Shown piece after piece: positions 22,443-34,808 of a stretch of 64,000 bases of DNA. A model generated the notes under the pieces. The model saw nothing but the letters and a program-made list of their open reading frames with translations. It was not told the origin of the DNA and searched no databases. The translations under genes and the position numbers were made by a program. Position 1 is the first letter of the stretch; each line of letters begins with the position of its first letter. Origin of the DNA: Chara braunii (lineage: Eukaryota; Plantae; Charophyceae); contig BFEA01000032.1 of assembly GCA_003427395.1 (NCBI GenBank), positions 322,733-386,732 on the forward strand. Reading direction: 5' to 3'.

Positions 22443-22867
22443 CGAACAGAGCTGGCCGGTAAACCGTAGTCAGAGAGGGAGAAGGGGACAACAAATGAGG
22501 GGATTCAACAAACTGTTTCGTCGGAGTTTCATTGACTCATCAGGAGGCTGAACCCCTTAACAGAGTATCCAGTCTGCAGAATCCCCTAACAGATTACACT
22601 CTTAAGTGATAATCCACCTTAACCCCGGTTGTGGTTAAGCATCAATGACTGCCCGACATACCCTGAGGCGGGCACCAACCACTTCCCTCGAGGTACCTGT
22701 GACGAAAATCAAAGCAGACTATCACTCACCCACACCAGATGGAATATATATATATGTATCAGCCTCTTGATGAGTCGCTGAAACTCGGACGAAACAGTTT
22801 ATCACAGCCTCTCGTTTGTTGTCCTCCTCTCCCTCTCTGCCTACGGTTTACCGGGCAGCTCTGTTTG
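22443..22867. mobile_element. Divergent ~110-bp inverted repeats each carrying a degenerate hammerhead ribozyme core (Penelope pLTR-like)
   Basis: Minus strand 22551-22507: CAGCCTC-CTGATGA-GTC..GAC-GAAAC-AGTTTGTT. Plus strand 22760-22803: CAGCCTC-TTGATGA-GTC..GAC-GAAAC-AGTTTATC. Homology continues ~60 bp beyond each core. Confidence 0.6.

Positions 22868-22946
<79 letters not shown>
22868..22946. repeat. Compound (TA)n(GA)n microsatellite
   Basis: Direct observation. Confidence 0.95.
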
Positions 22947-22948
<2 letters not shown>

Positions 22949-23165
22949 CCCACAGTTATTATTGGGTCAGTCTACCCCGTTGGGTGTCGGCCTTTACGTG
23001 CGGGCGGCAGAAAATAGAAAGGTCATCGAAACCCGCCCAATCGTAGCATAAACGAAAACAAGGGGGAAGGTCGAGGGTTGGACGCTGGGGGCATTTATTA
23101 GTATCTTCGAAGTAGTCGATGGGTTGGGTTGTGTCTATGATTTTGTCGTATGTCATGAGTGGTGG

Positions 23166-23534
23166 CTACGTAGCACCGTGTTCGCGTTCCGAGGTGAACG
23201 CGAACATGTTCGCCCGAACGCGAACAAGCGCTGAAAACCCTCCGAACGCGAACATAAAAAATATTTAAAAAAAAAAGGAAGTTCTCAAAAAAATCTGCAA
23301 AAAATATATCCTATGTAAAATAAGAACAAGCAACTTCTGCCTTGGAGTCATGTTCACATTCGTAGCCAATCACGAGTTAAAAATAAAAAACCGAAAACAT
23401 AATTTTTTTCTTTTTTCTTTTTTACGGAAAAAAACTTATGTTTGGTCGAACATGTTCGCAAGCTGTTCGCACGAACGCGCGAACACGTTCGTCCGAACGT
23501 GAAGGGGCGCGAACACGTTCGGCGTGCTACGCAG
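23166..23534. mobile_element. hAT-type MITE
   Basis: TIRs CTACGTAGCAC / GTGCTACGCAG. 8-bp TSD AGTGGTGG (23158-65) / AGCGGTGG (23535-42). Subterminal repeats CGCGAACA/TGTTCGC. Confidence 0.75.
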
Positions 23535-24112
23535 AGCGGTGGATAAAAGGATGTTTTGATTTTTCTAGTGTCATTTTGTCTGTGGGGTGAGGGAGAGGTG
23601 AAGGTGTGTGTTTGGTGTGGGATGTCAAAATGTGAGGTGAAATGTCAGGTGAGTTGTGCGGTAAATCTCAGGTGAAACTTCTAAGCATGTTTTATTTTAT
23701 TTATTTATCTTTTTTGCTTAGAAGTGAACACGGATTATCGATCGGGATCGACGATCAGGAGGGGGTTAGTGAGAACCGGTGTGTTGGTGACGACATTGGT
23801 CTGGGGGGGAATTGCGTTGGGGGGGGAAGGAATGGTGGTTGGTTATTTGTGGCGATGTAGTAAAGACGCCATTTTGTTCGGAGGGTGGGATCTCACGTGT
23901 GGTTAAGATGCATGACCCCCCCTCCATGCCCCACATCCCCGCCCCCCTCTGCTCGTGTGAACTGGTGTTGTGTGGCATCACCTGGTTCCTCCTAGTATAT
24001 TGTCATGTGATTACAGCCTGGTTGGTATTTTTCTTTGAAGGATGGTTGTTGATGTTCTGATGATATTGATATCGGTGTTGGTAGTGGTTTTAGATTACGT
24101 TTGTCACGTGAA

Positions 24113-24220
24113 TATCAGTTGAGATGTCAAGTGAAATGTCAGATGTTAGGTGAAATGTCAGATGTCAGGTGAAATATCAGATGTCAGGTGAAATGTCAGA
24201 TGTCAGGTGAAATGTCAATG
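24113..24220. repeat. ~19-bp tandem repeat GTGAAATGTCAGATGTCAG
   Basis: About five copies. Confidence 0.85.
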
Positions 24221-24279
24221 TCTGAGAAACATGGACCTGCACAGGATCCGGGTGCTGCGGGAGAAAGATGTGTGGGTAG

Positions 24280-25000
24280 CATACCAGTCAAAGACCTTTA
24301 CAGGAGAGAACTGAAAACTGTACAGTGTAACGGTGAAGGCCACATACCGGCTGTTACAACCGAAGGTGAACATAAAAGAAACGGTGAAGGCTCGGTGGAG
24401 GTCTCACTTGAACGCATGAATGGAGGCAGTCCACCCCATCCAATGGTTCACCGTCACAAGGTCTAGGCCAACGAAGATGATCTCGCTTCAGTGGCAGATT
24501 GAACATCGCTACCTGCCCACAAATAATTGGTTGATCGAGCGTACACAACTGGAACAAAAGGGGCAGGCGTTGCCGTGCTGTAAATCGTGCCACACTGCCT
24601 TAAAATAGAATCCCGGAAACCATAGAACACATATTCATGCAGTGTCCAGGGGCAGTTCTCACGTGGCGATGGTGGGACCGCATTTGAACCCTACTAGCCA
24701 CGGAGTCTAACTGGCCATGGGATTGGAGAACCATATTATGTGAAGCATGGTCCTTCACCACTGACAATATTTTTGAAAACAACATGTCCAGGTGATGTGG
24801 GCCCTCTAGAGAAAACGTTATACATATACTATTGAGGGTGTCCGCATAGATGGGGGAGGGGTTACAGAGACAATAAAGCAATATATTCAGCTAGAAATCA
24901 CGGCACAGTGGCAAAAGGTTAAAGATCATCTTGACTTGTTTCACTTAGCACAAGATATAACACGAGCAATTCATCAATTCTCTGGGGACTGGTTGGGCAG
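24280..25000 (+). mobile_element. Decayed L1 ORF2 3' fragment (zf-RVT region)
   Basis: PTKMISLQWQIEHRYLPTNNWLIERTQLEQKG...CKSC...ETIEHIFMQCP..TWRWWD parallels the C-terminus of the L1 at 34809-35864. Confidence 0.7.
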
Positions 25001-25273
25001 TGAGAAGGGGGACTGGATTGCAGGTGTTAGATGGGATGGAAAGCCTGCCCAGGTGTGCAACCAGGAGGAATTCAGGAGAGACTACCGGATCTGCTTAAAG
25101 GATTGGACTACAATGGGTCAAGAAATCCCGCTACGACCTGCAACAGATTTTCCCGACCCCTTCTCACCTCACCAGTTGACAATGGTGGACATGCAATGGT
25201 ATGGAGCGGATTGAATGGGCAATATAGGACAGCTACAAAGCAGACTGGTACCCAGAGGAACAGAAAGTTGCGA

Positions 25274-25419
25274 GCAGGGTAGAAAGAGTGATCTGGCGGG
25301 TACAGGGCAATCAATGCTGACAGTTGAGTGTATAATGGGATGTTGCACGCAGGGTAGAAAGAGTGATTTGGCGGGTACAGGGCAATCAATGCTGGCAGTT
25401 GAGTGTATGATGGGATGTT
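25274..25419. repeat. 75-bp-period tandem duplication
   Basis: GCAGGGTAGAAAGAGTGAT..GGGATGTT at 25274 and 25349. Confidence 0.85.
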
Positions 25420-26304
25420 ATGGCAAAAAAAGGGGTGGGAGGAACTAAGGTGTAACAATAGGTATTTGGCGCCAGGTTCAGGGTGAAGAGGTCTCCCCCT
25501 TCCCCTCCCCCCCCCCCCAGCATCCTGCTCAGTCAATCCCTGGGTACACGGTAATCAATGTTGGCAAGAATATTCCACATCTTTGTTTTTTTTATATGGT
25601 TCAAATTTTGTTCATGTAAGGGACGCTGGACCCATTTTCCAGCAGGTGTCACTCCCCACCAATAGATGGAGCCTCCCCCTAGGTGTTCGTTGTGTCTGCT
25701 CTTATCAGCACCACTCGCACTTACGGGTTTAAAAAGTTTTTTTTTCCCTTTTTTATTCTTCTGGGGGGGGGGGAGGGCGGCGGTTGCATTGAGAATCGGA
25801 AAAGTTGATGACGTGAGAAATGAGATTGACGCTCCGGATGGACTTACGATGGGAAAATTTGTGGATCCGATGGGTTGCACTTGAGAGAGAGAGAGAGAGA
25901 GGTAGCACTAGTAGTGTAGCAAAGTGTTTTTTCGTCCGCGCAACTTGATGTTTATTGTTGATGTGTATAGATGTGTGAAAGGAGATTGGGGATAAGTGTT
26001 GTGGTGTGTCTAAGGTGCACGAACGTGGAGTGTGGGATATAGTAGTGATTCGTGTTTTGGCAAGGAGTGAGTCATGCAAAGTACGAAATGATAGTCGATC
26101 GAATGTGGTCAGTAGTGTTTTATTTCAGGCTTCTGGTTGTTTGTGGGTGACGCGGTGGGTTGTTGAAGGGGGGCGGCATGCAAATGTCTTGTGTTCTAAG
26201 GAGCTAGAGGAGGAATTTTAATATATTATTTATATCAGTTGTAGCACTGAGATCTTTTGTGTCAATTATCAAGCGTCCATCGTTGGAGATGGTAGTATGC
26301 TATT

Positions 26305-26580
26305 CCGCAATTGGATCCATGGAGGTTTAGATTTTGGTTAAGTTATGATGAATGTGGTGTAATTGGTCGATTATGTATGAGTGATATACTTAGTGATGGG
26401 ATTGCAATTAGATCTATGGAGGTTTGGTGAATGTGGTGTAATTGGTCGATTACGTATGGGTGATATCCTTAGTGATTGGATTGCAATTGGATCTATGGAG
26501 GTTTAGATTTTGGTTAAGTCATGGTGAATGTGGTATAACTGATCGATTATGTAAGGGTGATATCCTTAGTGATTGGATTA
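26305..26580. repeat. Degenerate ~80-97-bp tandem repeat
   Basis: GTGATATCCTTAGTGAT..GCAATTGGATCTATGGAGGTTT..GAATGTGGTGTAATTGGTCGATTA recurs about three times. Confidence 0.75.
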
Positions 26581-28198
26581 TGAGCCGGCTACAACATTTT
26601 TCCCTGGTTTTCGTCGACAATAGTTGCCACCGGTGATAGGTTGACAACGACTAGATCGGTGTTGAATTTCGTCTACATGATCGTCTGCAAACAAATCAGA
26701 TATGCGAATGAGGTTGAGGTTTAGGTTTCTACGTGGTTGTTGATATCGATTTCCGTTTTGGTCGAGATGTAGTTGGTTCGGTTCCTTAGTGATTTTATTG
26801 TCATCAAATTTATTGAAGGAGTTCCTTTCAAAATATTAAAGTGATCATGTTAAACTTTGTGGTAAGGCGGCTAAATCCATCTATTTTCCTTTGCTGTTTT
26901 TTTTTAGTTTCTTTGTTTTTGTTTTTGTATATGTCACTCTTCTCTCATCATTTTTCTTTTCGACTTTTATTTTGTTGCTCATTGTTTTTTTTACCGTTGT
27001 TGTTTTTGTTGTTTTCTTTGTCGTTTTTATGTCTTACGGGTCTGTGATTGTGTATTTTTGGGTGTCACTCTTTGGGTTGCTCTCTCACCTCTTCGTTATG
27101 TATATTTGTTCTTCTTTGTTCATTTATATTTGTCTCTCTTGAGTTTTTGGTTCTCTCTTTCTCTCTTTGTACTTAAGATTGCATTTGCATGTACACATGG
27201 ATACACGAAGATGAGAAACGTAGAGAGAAATAAAAAAATAACCATGATTGTTTTTGTCTTTTCAATATTTGACTAAAGGTTGCTTTGTGTATATGGTGGG
27301 TTAGTTAGGGAATCGCATGATACTCGTATCTTAGACATATTTGGGTTCCTCCATTCTGCTAACTCGATGTCTTTGTGTTTTTTTTTTTGTCTCTCTCTCT
27401 TTGCCCAGGATGAGGGAGTTAGTAAGGAGGGAATTGATGAACTTTATTGATTAGATTGATGAGAAGGATGGGATATTTCAGATGGTGACGAGAATGGTTA
27501 GGAAGGTTTATATGCATAGGTGATCTGATGCAATGGATGAGATCGAACGATCGATGTGACCATCTCACTGATTCGATCAGATGTTTCTCCCTCAATTATC
27601 GCTCCTTCCTCCCTCGTTTTTTTTTGCCCTTGGGCTTCCTTTCTACCTTTTTTTTTTCTTTCTTCTTCCTCGTTTTTTCCCCCCTTTCTCCCTTTTGCCA
27701 CCGGTGGCTTTACCTTATCGACCTAGCTTATAGCTAATGACACTCGGGGCTCAATGACCCTTACTCGAGAGAAGCAATTCTCAACCCTTAAATCATACCA
27801 TTTAAACCACTAGTACCTCCGCCATTGTTGGGAAATTAGGGAAAAGTGGACGTTTTCCCATTTTCCCTGAAGAGTTCGGAGGTACCACAGACTCGGCATC
27901 AGTTGTATTTCCCATTACCAAAAAAAAGAAAAAAAAGAAGAAAAGAAAGAAAGGAAGGACGTCGGGGAAGGCTGTGAAGGAGATGTGCTCACATCAGAAC
28001 TCAAAGGAACGCATCTACATAGGAACATAGTCAGTTCGTTTTTTTTATGTGTTTTGTTTTCTCTTTTTGGTGATCCGCGTTTAGTGCCCTGCCAACGAGA
28101 GGTAAGGTGCATTCTACGGGCAGCTGACACTTTGCAACGGGGGGCGCATTCTCACTCGTACTCCAGATTCTGTATCAAGTCGCTTTCACGTCCAAAGT

Positions 28199-28238
<40 letters not shown>

Positions 28239-31200
28239 CTGTTGTCGTGATTATAGCAGGGCTGCAATGCCCGTTGGGAGGGCATACTGTCACAGGTACA
28301 CCAGATTCTGTATCTAGCTGCTTTCACGTCAAAAAAGTTATTGCTGAATTTTTTATTTTTTTATTTTGTTTGTTCCTGCTGCTGTGATTTCAACAGAGTT
28401 GTGACGCCCGTTGAAGTTGCATACTCTGACAGTGGTTTATGGGATGAGACGATCTCAAATCACTAGTTTTGTTAGTCAGCCTTTTGCACGACGTAACCCT
28501 AAGGGCTAAATAGCAGCTAGATGAAAGCACTTAGATCTCGACATTACGCCATATGCTACTAAGAATTGAACAACCCTTAAGAATGTTACTTTTACAACTA
28601 AGTCACTCACCGTATGACTCTTGGGCCAAGCAACTCACTGGTAGACAACTTAATATCCAACCTCCATAGTACAGAATGTGCAATCCTATAAAGAAGGCCT
28701 CACAACATAAAACCTCCAGATTCAAATAATTTTCACATGAATAAATCTATAAGTTGACCATCGTATCATATAATTGAGGGACTCGATAACATTCAAGTGG
28801 CTAACCTAATAACAAAACCCTATGCTACATAACTTTGGGGATCAAAACAATTTGATGATGAGTACTTCGAATAATGTGACTCGATGATACGTGATCGCTT
28901 AAGATAGGAACCCTAAAAGACGAGGTGCTATGCTGCAAAACCTTCAAAGTTGTGACAACCATTCAAATTGACAATCCAACAATCAAATTTTCATGTTGTG
29001 CGATCTCGCAAGTACAAATCACCCACAAGTCAGTAGTCTCACAAACAACCCCTTGACAATGCAACCTTTTAGTATTGAATAACTTTTCGGTAGATAGCTT
29101 AATAGTTAGGTATTAAAGTACATATCCTTAGGAAACAAGCAACCCCTCTCGTGAACGTGAAAAAACACCCAAGCATAAATCAAACCCTGACGAGGATGAT
29201 AACTTGCCTCTTCAGCATAACGATTTTCGATGTGAATGCATCAAACTAACCAGCAAGATTGCATGAACAGCGATATCGATCATGATAAGTAATAACTAGA
29301 TTGGTTGACGGGCTTGGCAAAATCATGACAACACTCCCAACAACAATATGAGAGGAAGAGTAAAGTACCTTATCGTTGTTAGTACACTCATAGTACCCGA
29401 GTCTACAGGCTGCGGACTGTCTTCGCAACAATAATATTTGCAGTATACACCCAATTACGTATCTCTATAAGCACCCAATTACTGTTAGCTTTTCGCGAGC
29501 AGCTGATGCTGTAAAGGCGGTCACCCGTTGGCCTTTATATATTGAATGAACGCGCAGGGTCCTTAAATCATGACATGGTTCCCAAGGCCGGTACCAAACC
29601 TAAATCTCGCCCAACATTTGGTAGGGTTAATATTTTTTTCTTGCTAAGAGGTTCACTTCCCCACCAGAGACGGGGTCAGGCGCAGAAGGGTGTGTCCTTC
29701 TTACTGCTTACTAGTCGGATGGTAGGTCCATCACCGGAAGAACCAAACCCTTGGTGGGTTCGTCAGAAAACCCAAAAAAATGGGTGCTTCTCGTAACTAG
29801 CACTCATCCCTAGTTGCGCTTAGCGCGGGCAGCGACGAGTACCTACATTTGATCCTTCAGTCATTCTATGTCACATTGTGATCATCTTGTGAGAGGACTT
29901 AGCTTATTCTTGAGGGTCGTGCATAAGCCTTAATGCAATGTCTGATTTTTAGGTAGCAAGTATCATGACGCCACTCATTGAGGATTTTTATCACGATAAT
30001 TTGCGTTATTCGAAGTCGCAAGACACATTTATAACGTCACAAGACCCCTCCTTGCCCCATGAGATGTTATGGGTCGATAATCGACCTGACTACGCGCTCG
30101 TTGGTTGTTTCAATGTGAGTACCTAGACCTAACTCATACCGTCGCTCATCCCCTTCTATGGAGGATCCTTATAAATATGACGTTTGAAGCCATAAGTCTT
30201 ACTTATGCGAGGACACACGAGGAATGCTCATGGTAGTACGTGATGGGACCCTTAATTAGTCGCATTCCGCCTACAACACTTGGTCTCAACTAAATGAGGT
30301 CGCAGGCGTCACTCCTGTGATCTGAAGAGGCTAAGAGATAAAGATTTTTTGACGTCGGTTCCCAGGATTTGCGGCAGCAAGAAGAAAAAAACAGTTGCTT
30401 AACACCTGTACAAATTGTCTTTCGTGTGGCTTAGGACGGTCAACAGCGAACAAAAGATCCTTACTCTGGAGGTGATCTCATGGGTTTAACAAGGACATGA
30501 AATTCGGATATGGACATATCAATCTGTCGTTCTAATCTATAAAAAAAAAATATCAATCTAATAGGGGTTATCTCGATTTCTCTCGCCGACGATAACGAAG
30601 TAAGAATCACCTACAATACTCAACAACAAGAGCTAGCACACTCAATGGATCGCGGTCCCAAACCCTGCACCCTTATAGTATCAAATGAAGATCGTACTAA
30701 CCACAATGTTCGCTATGATATTGCTATATTTTCGACAGATATAATAAATACTCGACCTTCGGGTACGTAGAAACTTATACCTAGTCTTTCACGTAACCTC
30801 AAATGAACTCGCGATGTGGTGCGACCTAGATAAACTTTGCATACCTTAAAGGGGTCTGAGTTCGATAAGCCTTATCGCCCCAAAACTTAAAATTTGAAAT
30901 AGTATTTATTAAAGAGTTTCCAGTAAGTGTAACATAACCCTTAACTAATAGTTTTATAACCTAAGACTATTGCGGTCACTCTTTCAAGATAAGGCTAGGC
31001 CCATTTGTCCTACCACTTGTAAAAGCGAACATCACTTGCACCTCCTCCCTATATTATGTTGACCAAACCGAATAACTATCAATATTATTTTTTTCCACTA
31101 GCCATAACTATTGATAATTTACCACCCTTAGGCGAATCTTCTCTAGGCATGAGGGGATGCCAAATGATCGTACGCTCACGAGGGTAGGAAATGATAAGGC

Positions 31201-33148
31201 TCTTATCAATGTAAGCAAACATTTATAGTATGACAGCCATGAGTATAATGAAATGTCATTTGACAAAGGTGACCCCTTCTATTACACTCTTACCGAACGT
31301 GACGACTTTCTATCGTTTGTGCATCGTCATCTCTATACGTATGTATGTAGTATCCATATCTGCGTCGCCACTCGCCTGGACCATAACAATAGGGATCATG
31401 ATGTATCGTCGACCACCACCTAACCTACGTTCTACTTATCCTCGCTCGCACCTCGGGCATTCATTTCTACCCACATACACATTACATATAGGCATACGTA
31501 CAAACCTTCCCTTACAGAGGTGAACTACACCCAAACATAGCTTGCTGATTTTCGTCAGGAAGGGTGCTGGCTGGTTCCACCACCTGTCTCGCTCACTCAC
31601 GATCCCAGTAGGGAGCCAAATATCGCTGCAACAGTGTCATCTATCGAGCGCATTGACCCAGGTGCGCACCTAAAGAGTGACGTGTACGATGGTCCTCCCA
31701 GTTGTGTCATGCAGGACGTGGCTTGACGTAACTTCAATGTGTAGGGAGCAAATTGCCACTTCGGCCGAATGCACCAACTATATCCCTCATGGTTCCCTGC
31801 AACAGAACAGGGTGCTCTGACGTACAACTTACCTCCACCTAAGGCAATGCACCATCCTTAGGTAGGTGTATCCCTTCCAAGTTACCAATTCACGTGTGGT
31901 GTCTTTTTCATGCCACACCAGAGGTGGACTTGCCTTGGACATTGGCTTAGTTGTCGCAACATAGGGAAAAAGCGCGGTAGTATGCTCGATCCTTCGCTCG
32001 GTCGTGAATCACCGTTGAGGGCGTTCAACTTCTAAGTGGGGTCGCGTGAGCCTTACCTAGCGATCCCTAACTCTAAGTTTGGCGCTAATATGTGTGGCCT
32101 AGACCATAACAAGGAGACATAGACACCCCTTGTGTGACCAATTGAACCCTCGATAGAAGAGTCATCCCCTCGGTGCAAGTTGGTTACTAGTCTTACGAGC
32201 CGAAGAGTCGGGCTTAAGTCACATGCCCATCCGATGGAGTGATTTAGTCAGATCGATGTAAAGCAATTAGGTAAGGCGAGGAGATGTCATCACATTCAAC
32301 ACAAACTAAAAGGAATAACAGAGAGCACACATAGGCTTTTTGATCTTGATCTAGTATGTAAAAGAATGATAGACTCTTGGTTTGTGATACACATAGAAAG
32401 ATTGTGACAAATGACTTTAAGTCTCTCAATCAAAACTATAACAAATTTCAAGTCATGTAAGCAAAAGGTTGCACCCGGTTGTTATGAATCCCCTTGATCG
32501 CCGGTTGCCGCGACCCCTCACAGTCATGGCCACGACCTCGCGGTCATAACTGTGGCAGCCACAACTTTTGCGGCCACGTGTCGGCCAGAGGGAGGGGGGA
32601 GTCTTTTGTGGGGGGTGGGGTGGATTGGGGTTTCGAAACCCCGACCCCACCCCTTAGAAAAAAGAAAAGAAAAAAGAAACGATTTTTGGGGACGGAGTAC
32701 TTGTGGGTGAAAAACACTTTTCAAAGAAAAAATAAAATTCTTGATTGATTGATTGATTGATTTTGTGTGTTTGATTGAACAATTAATTTATTTTAAGTGT
32801 TTGTTTGATTGATTGATTTTTCGCTTGATGGATGGATAGATGGATTGACTGATTTATTAATTGATTGATTGATTGATTGATTGGTGGGGGAGGGGTCGGC
32901 CCCCCCCTCTTGCACACGCACACACATTCACCCACACCCACCCACACCCACACACACCCACATCCCCCCCCCCACACACACACGTACATACACACATACG
33001 TCGAATGGCGCATTTTATTTTATTTTATTTTTTAATTATTGATTGATTGATTAATTGATTGATTGGAGGGGGAGGGCCGCCCCCCCCCGCACCATGCACG
33101 CACACACACACACACACACAAACACCCGCGTCGAGCGATGCGTTATTT

Positions 33149-33180
<32 letters not shown>

Positions 33181-33200
33181 GTGGGGGAGGGGTCCCCCCA

Positions 33201-33231
<31 letters not shown>

Positions 33232-33240
33232 TTCAGACAC

Positions 33241-33273
<33 letters not shown>

Positions 33274-34808
33274 CCGGAAAACCCTTGTAACATCCCTCTA
33301 TCTCAGCGGTGGTACGAGAACCGCCAAAATTGAGGGCTTGCCTGTCAGGCTGCTCCATCTATTGTTCAGACACACATATTCACGTATACACATAGCCATA
33401 CAGCCACACACATACATACACACACCCACTTACACACCCGCGCGTGATTGCATCTTTGTTTTTTTCCTCAATCAATCAATCGATCAATATATGTGTATCG
33501 AAAAAAATAAAAAATAAAAATTATCGTTGCATCTGTCCATTAAAAAAAAAAAAAAAAACATTCGCAATATGTTTATCTCAACAGCATCACAAAAAAATGA
33601 AGGGAAAAAAAAAGAAAAGAATTATGTTGTGTCTAAGCTACCGCTGGGCTGCCCAGGTCACCTTGTTTTCCCGGGCAACCCGGTCGTGTAAGGACCTGTG
33701 AAGGTCCCGAAAAAAAAAAAAAAAAAAAAAAAAAANNNNNNNNNNNNNNNNNNNNNNNNNNNNNNNNNNNNNNNNNNNNNNNNNNNNNNNNNNNNNNNNN
33801 NNNNNNNNNNNNNNNNNNNNNNNNNNNNNNNNNNNNNNNNNNNNNNNNNNNNNNNNNNNNNNNNNNNNNNNNNNNNNNNNNNNNNNNNNNNNNNNNNNNN
33901 NNNNNNNNNNNNNNNNNNNNNNNNNNNNNNNNNNNNNNNNNNNNNNNNNNNNNNNNNNNNNNNNNNNNNNNNNNNNNNNNNNNNNNNNNNNNNNNNNNNN
34001 NNNNNNNNNNNNNNNNNNNNNNNNNNNNNNNNNNNNNNNNNNNNNNNNNNNNNNNNNNNNNNNNNNNNNNNNNNNNNNNNTGACATCCCATGGAGCTGCT
34101 AGTATCACCCTTCCCATTTTAGGAGCCCCTTATCTATTAACCCCGCCCTTATTTCAGCAGCCCCCCTGTTTGCTTATTACTGTGGCCTCTCCCTATGTAC
34201 AATATGACATTGCCCCCATGGTAATTTGGAACGTATGGAGGGAGCGAGTTAATGCATAAGATTCTCATCCGTCGTTCGCTCCTTTGTCATATCCTCTGGA
34301 CCTGGGCTTCACCAGATTTGTAGCGGAGAGCCTCTGCAACCATGTGAACCTGCAGGCTCCCAGTTGTCGGATCCCGTTTTTGGCACCTTTTACATTCATA
34401 ACAGGCTCTGTCGAGTTGGCCCACTGTGAATATCCTTCTGGAGTCTCATCACTGTCAACGAGACTGCGGCCTGTGGATGTCGCCCACGTCGCCCTGACTG
34501 TCTGGGACTTTGTGCTCGCCGGCTGTCTTACGTGGAGGCTTGCGGAACTGTCGGAGTGTCCATCCCTTATGAGGACCTCATCCTGTTACACCTGTTGGAG
34601 GTATGGGGGCCGGGGTGGGGGGTGTGGATCGGGGAGGAAGGGAGGATGTGGGTGGGGGGATTGGGGGGATGGGCGGTGGTGTTTGAGGGGGGAGAGTGGT
34701 TGGTGGTGGCGGATTCGCCAGGAGGATGAAGTTAGTTGGTAGATAAGAGATTTGTAAGTCTGTCAGGGGTTTCCTGGTCCAGGTGTGCTCCGTGCCTCTC
34801 CTGGGCTT

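Noticed and set aside
28430-32460. 4-kb complex-sequence block with exon-like pieces near 29950-30500
   Set aside because: Probably an old TE, but there is no motif I can assign
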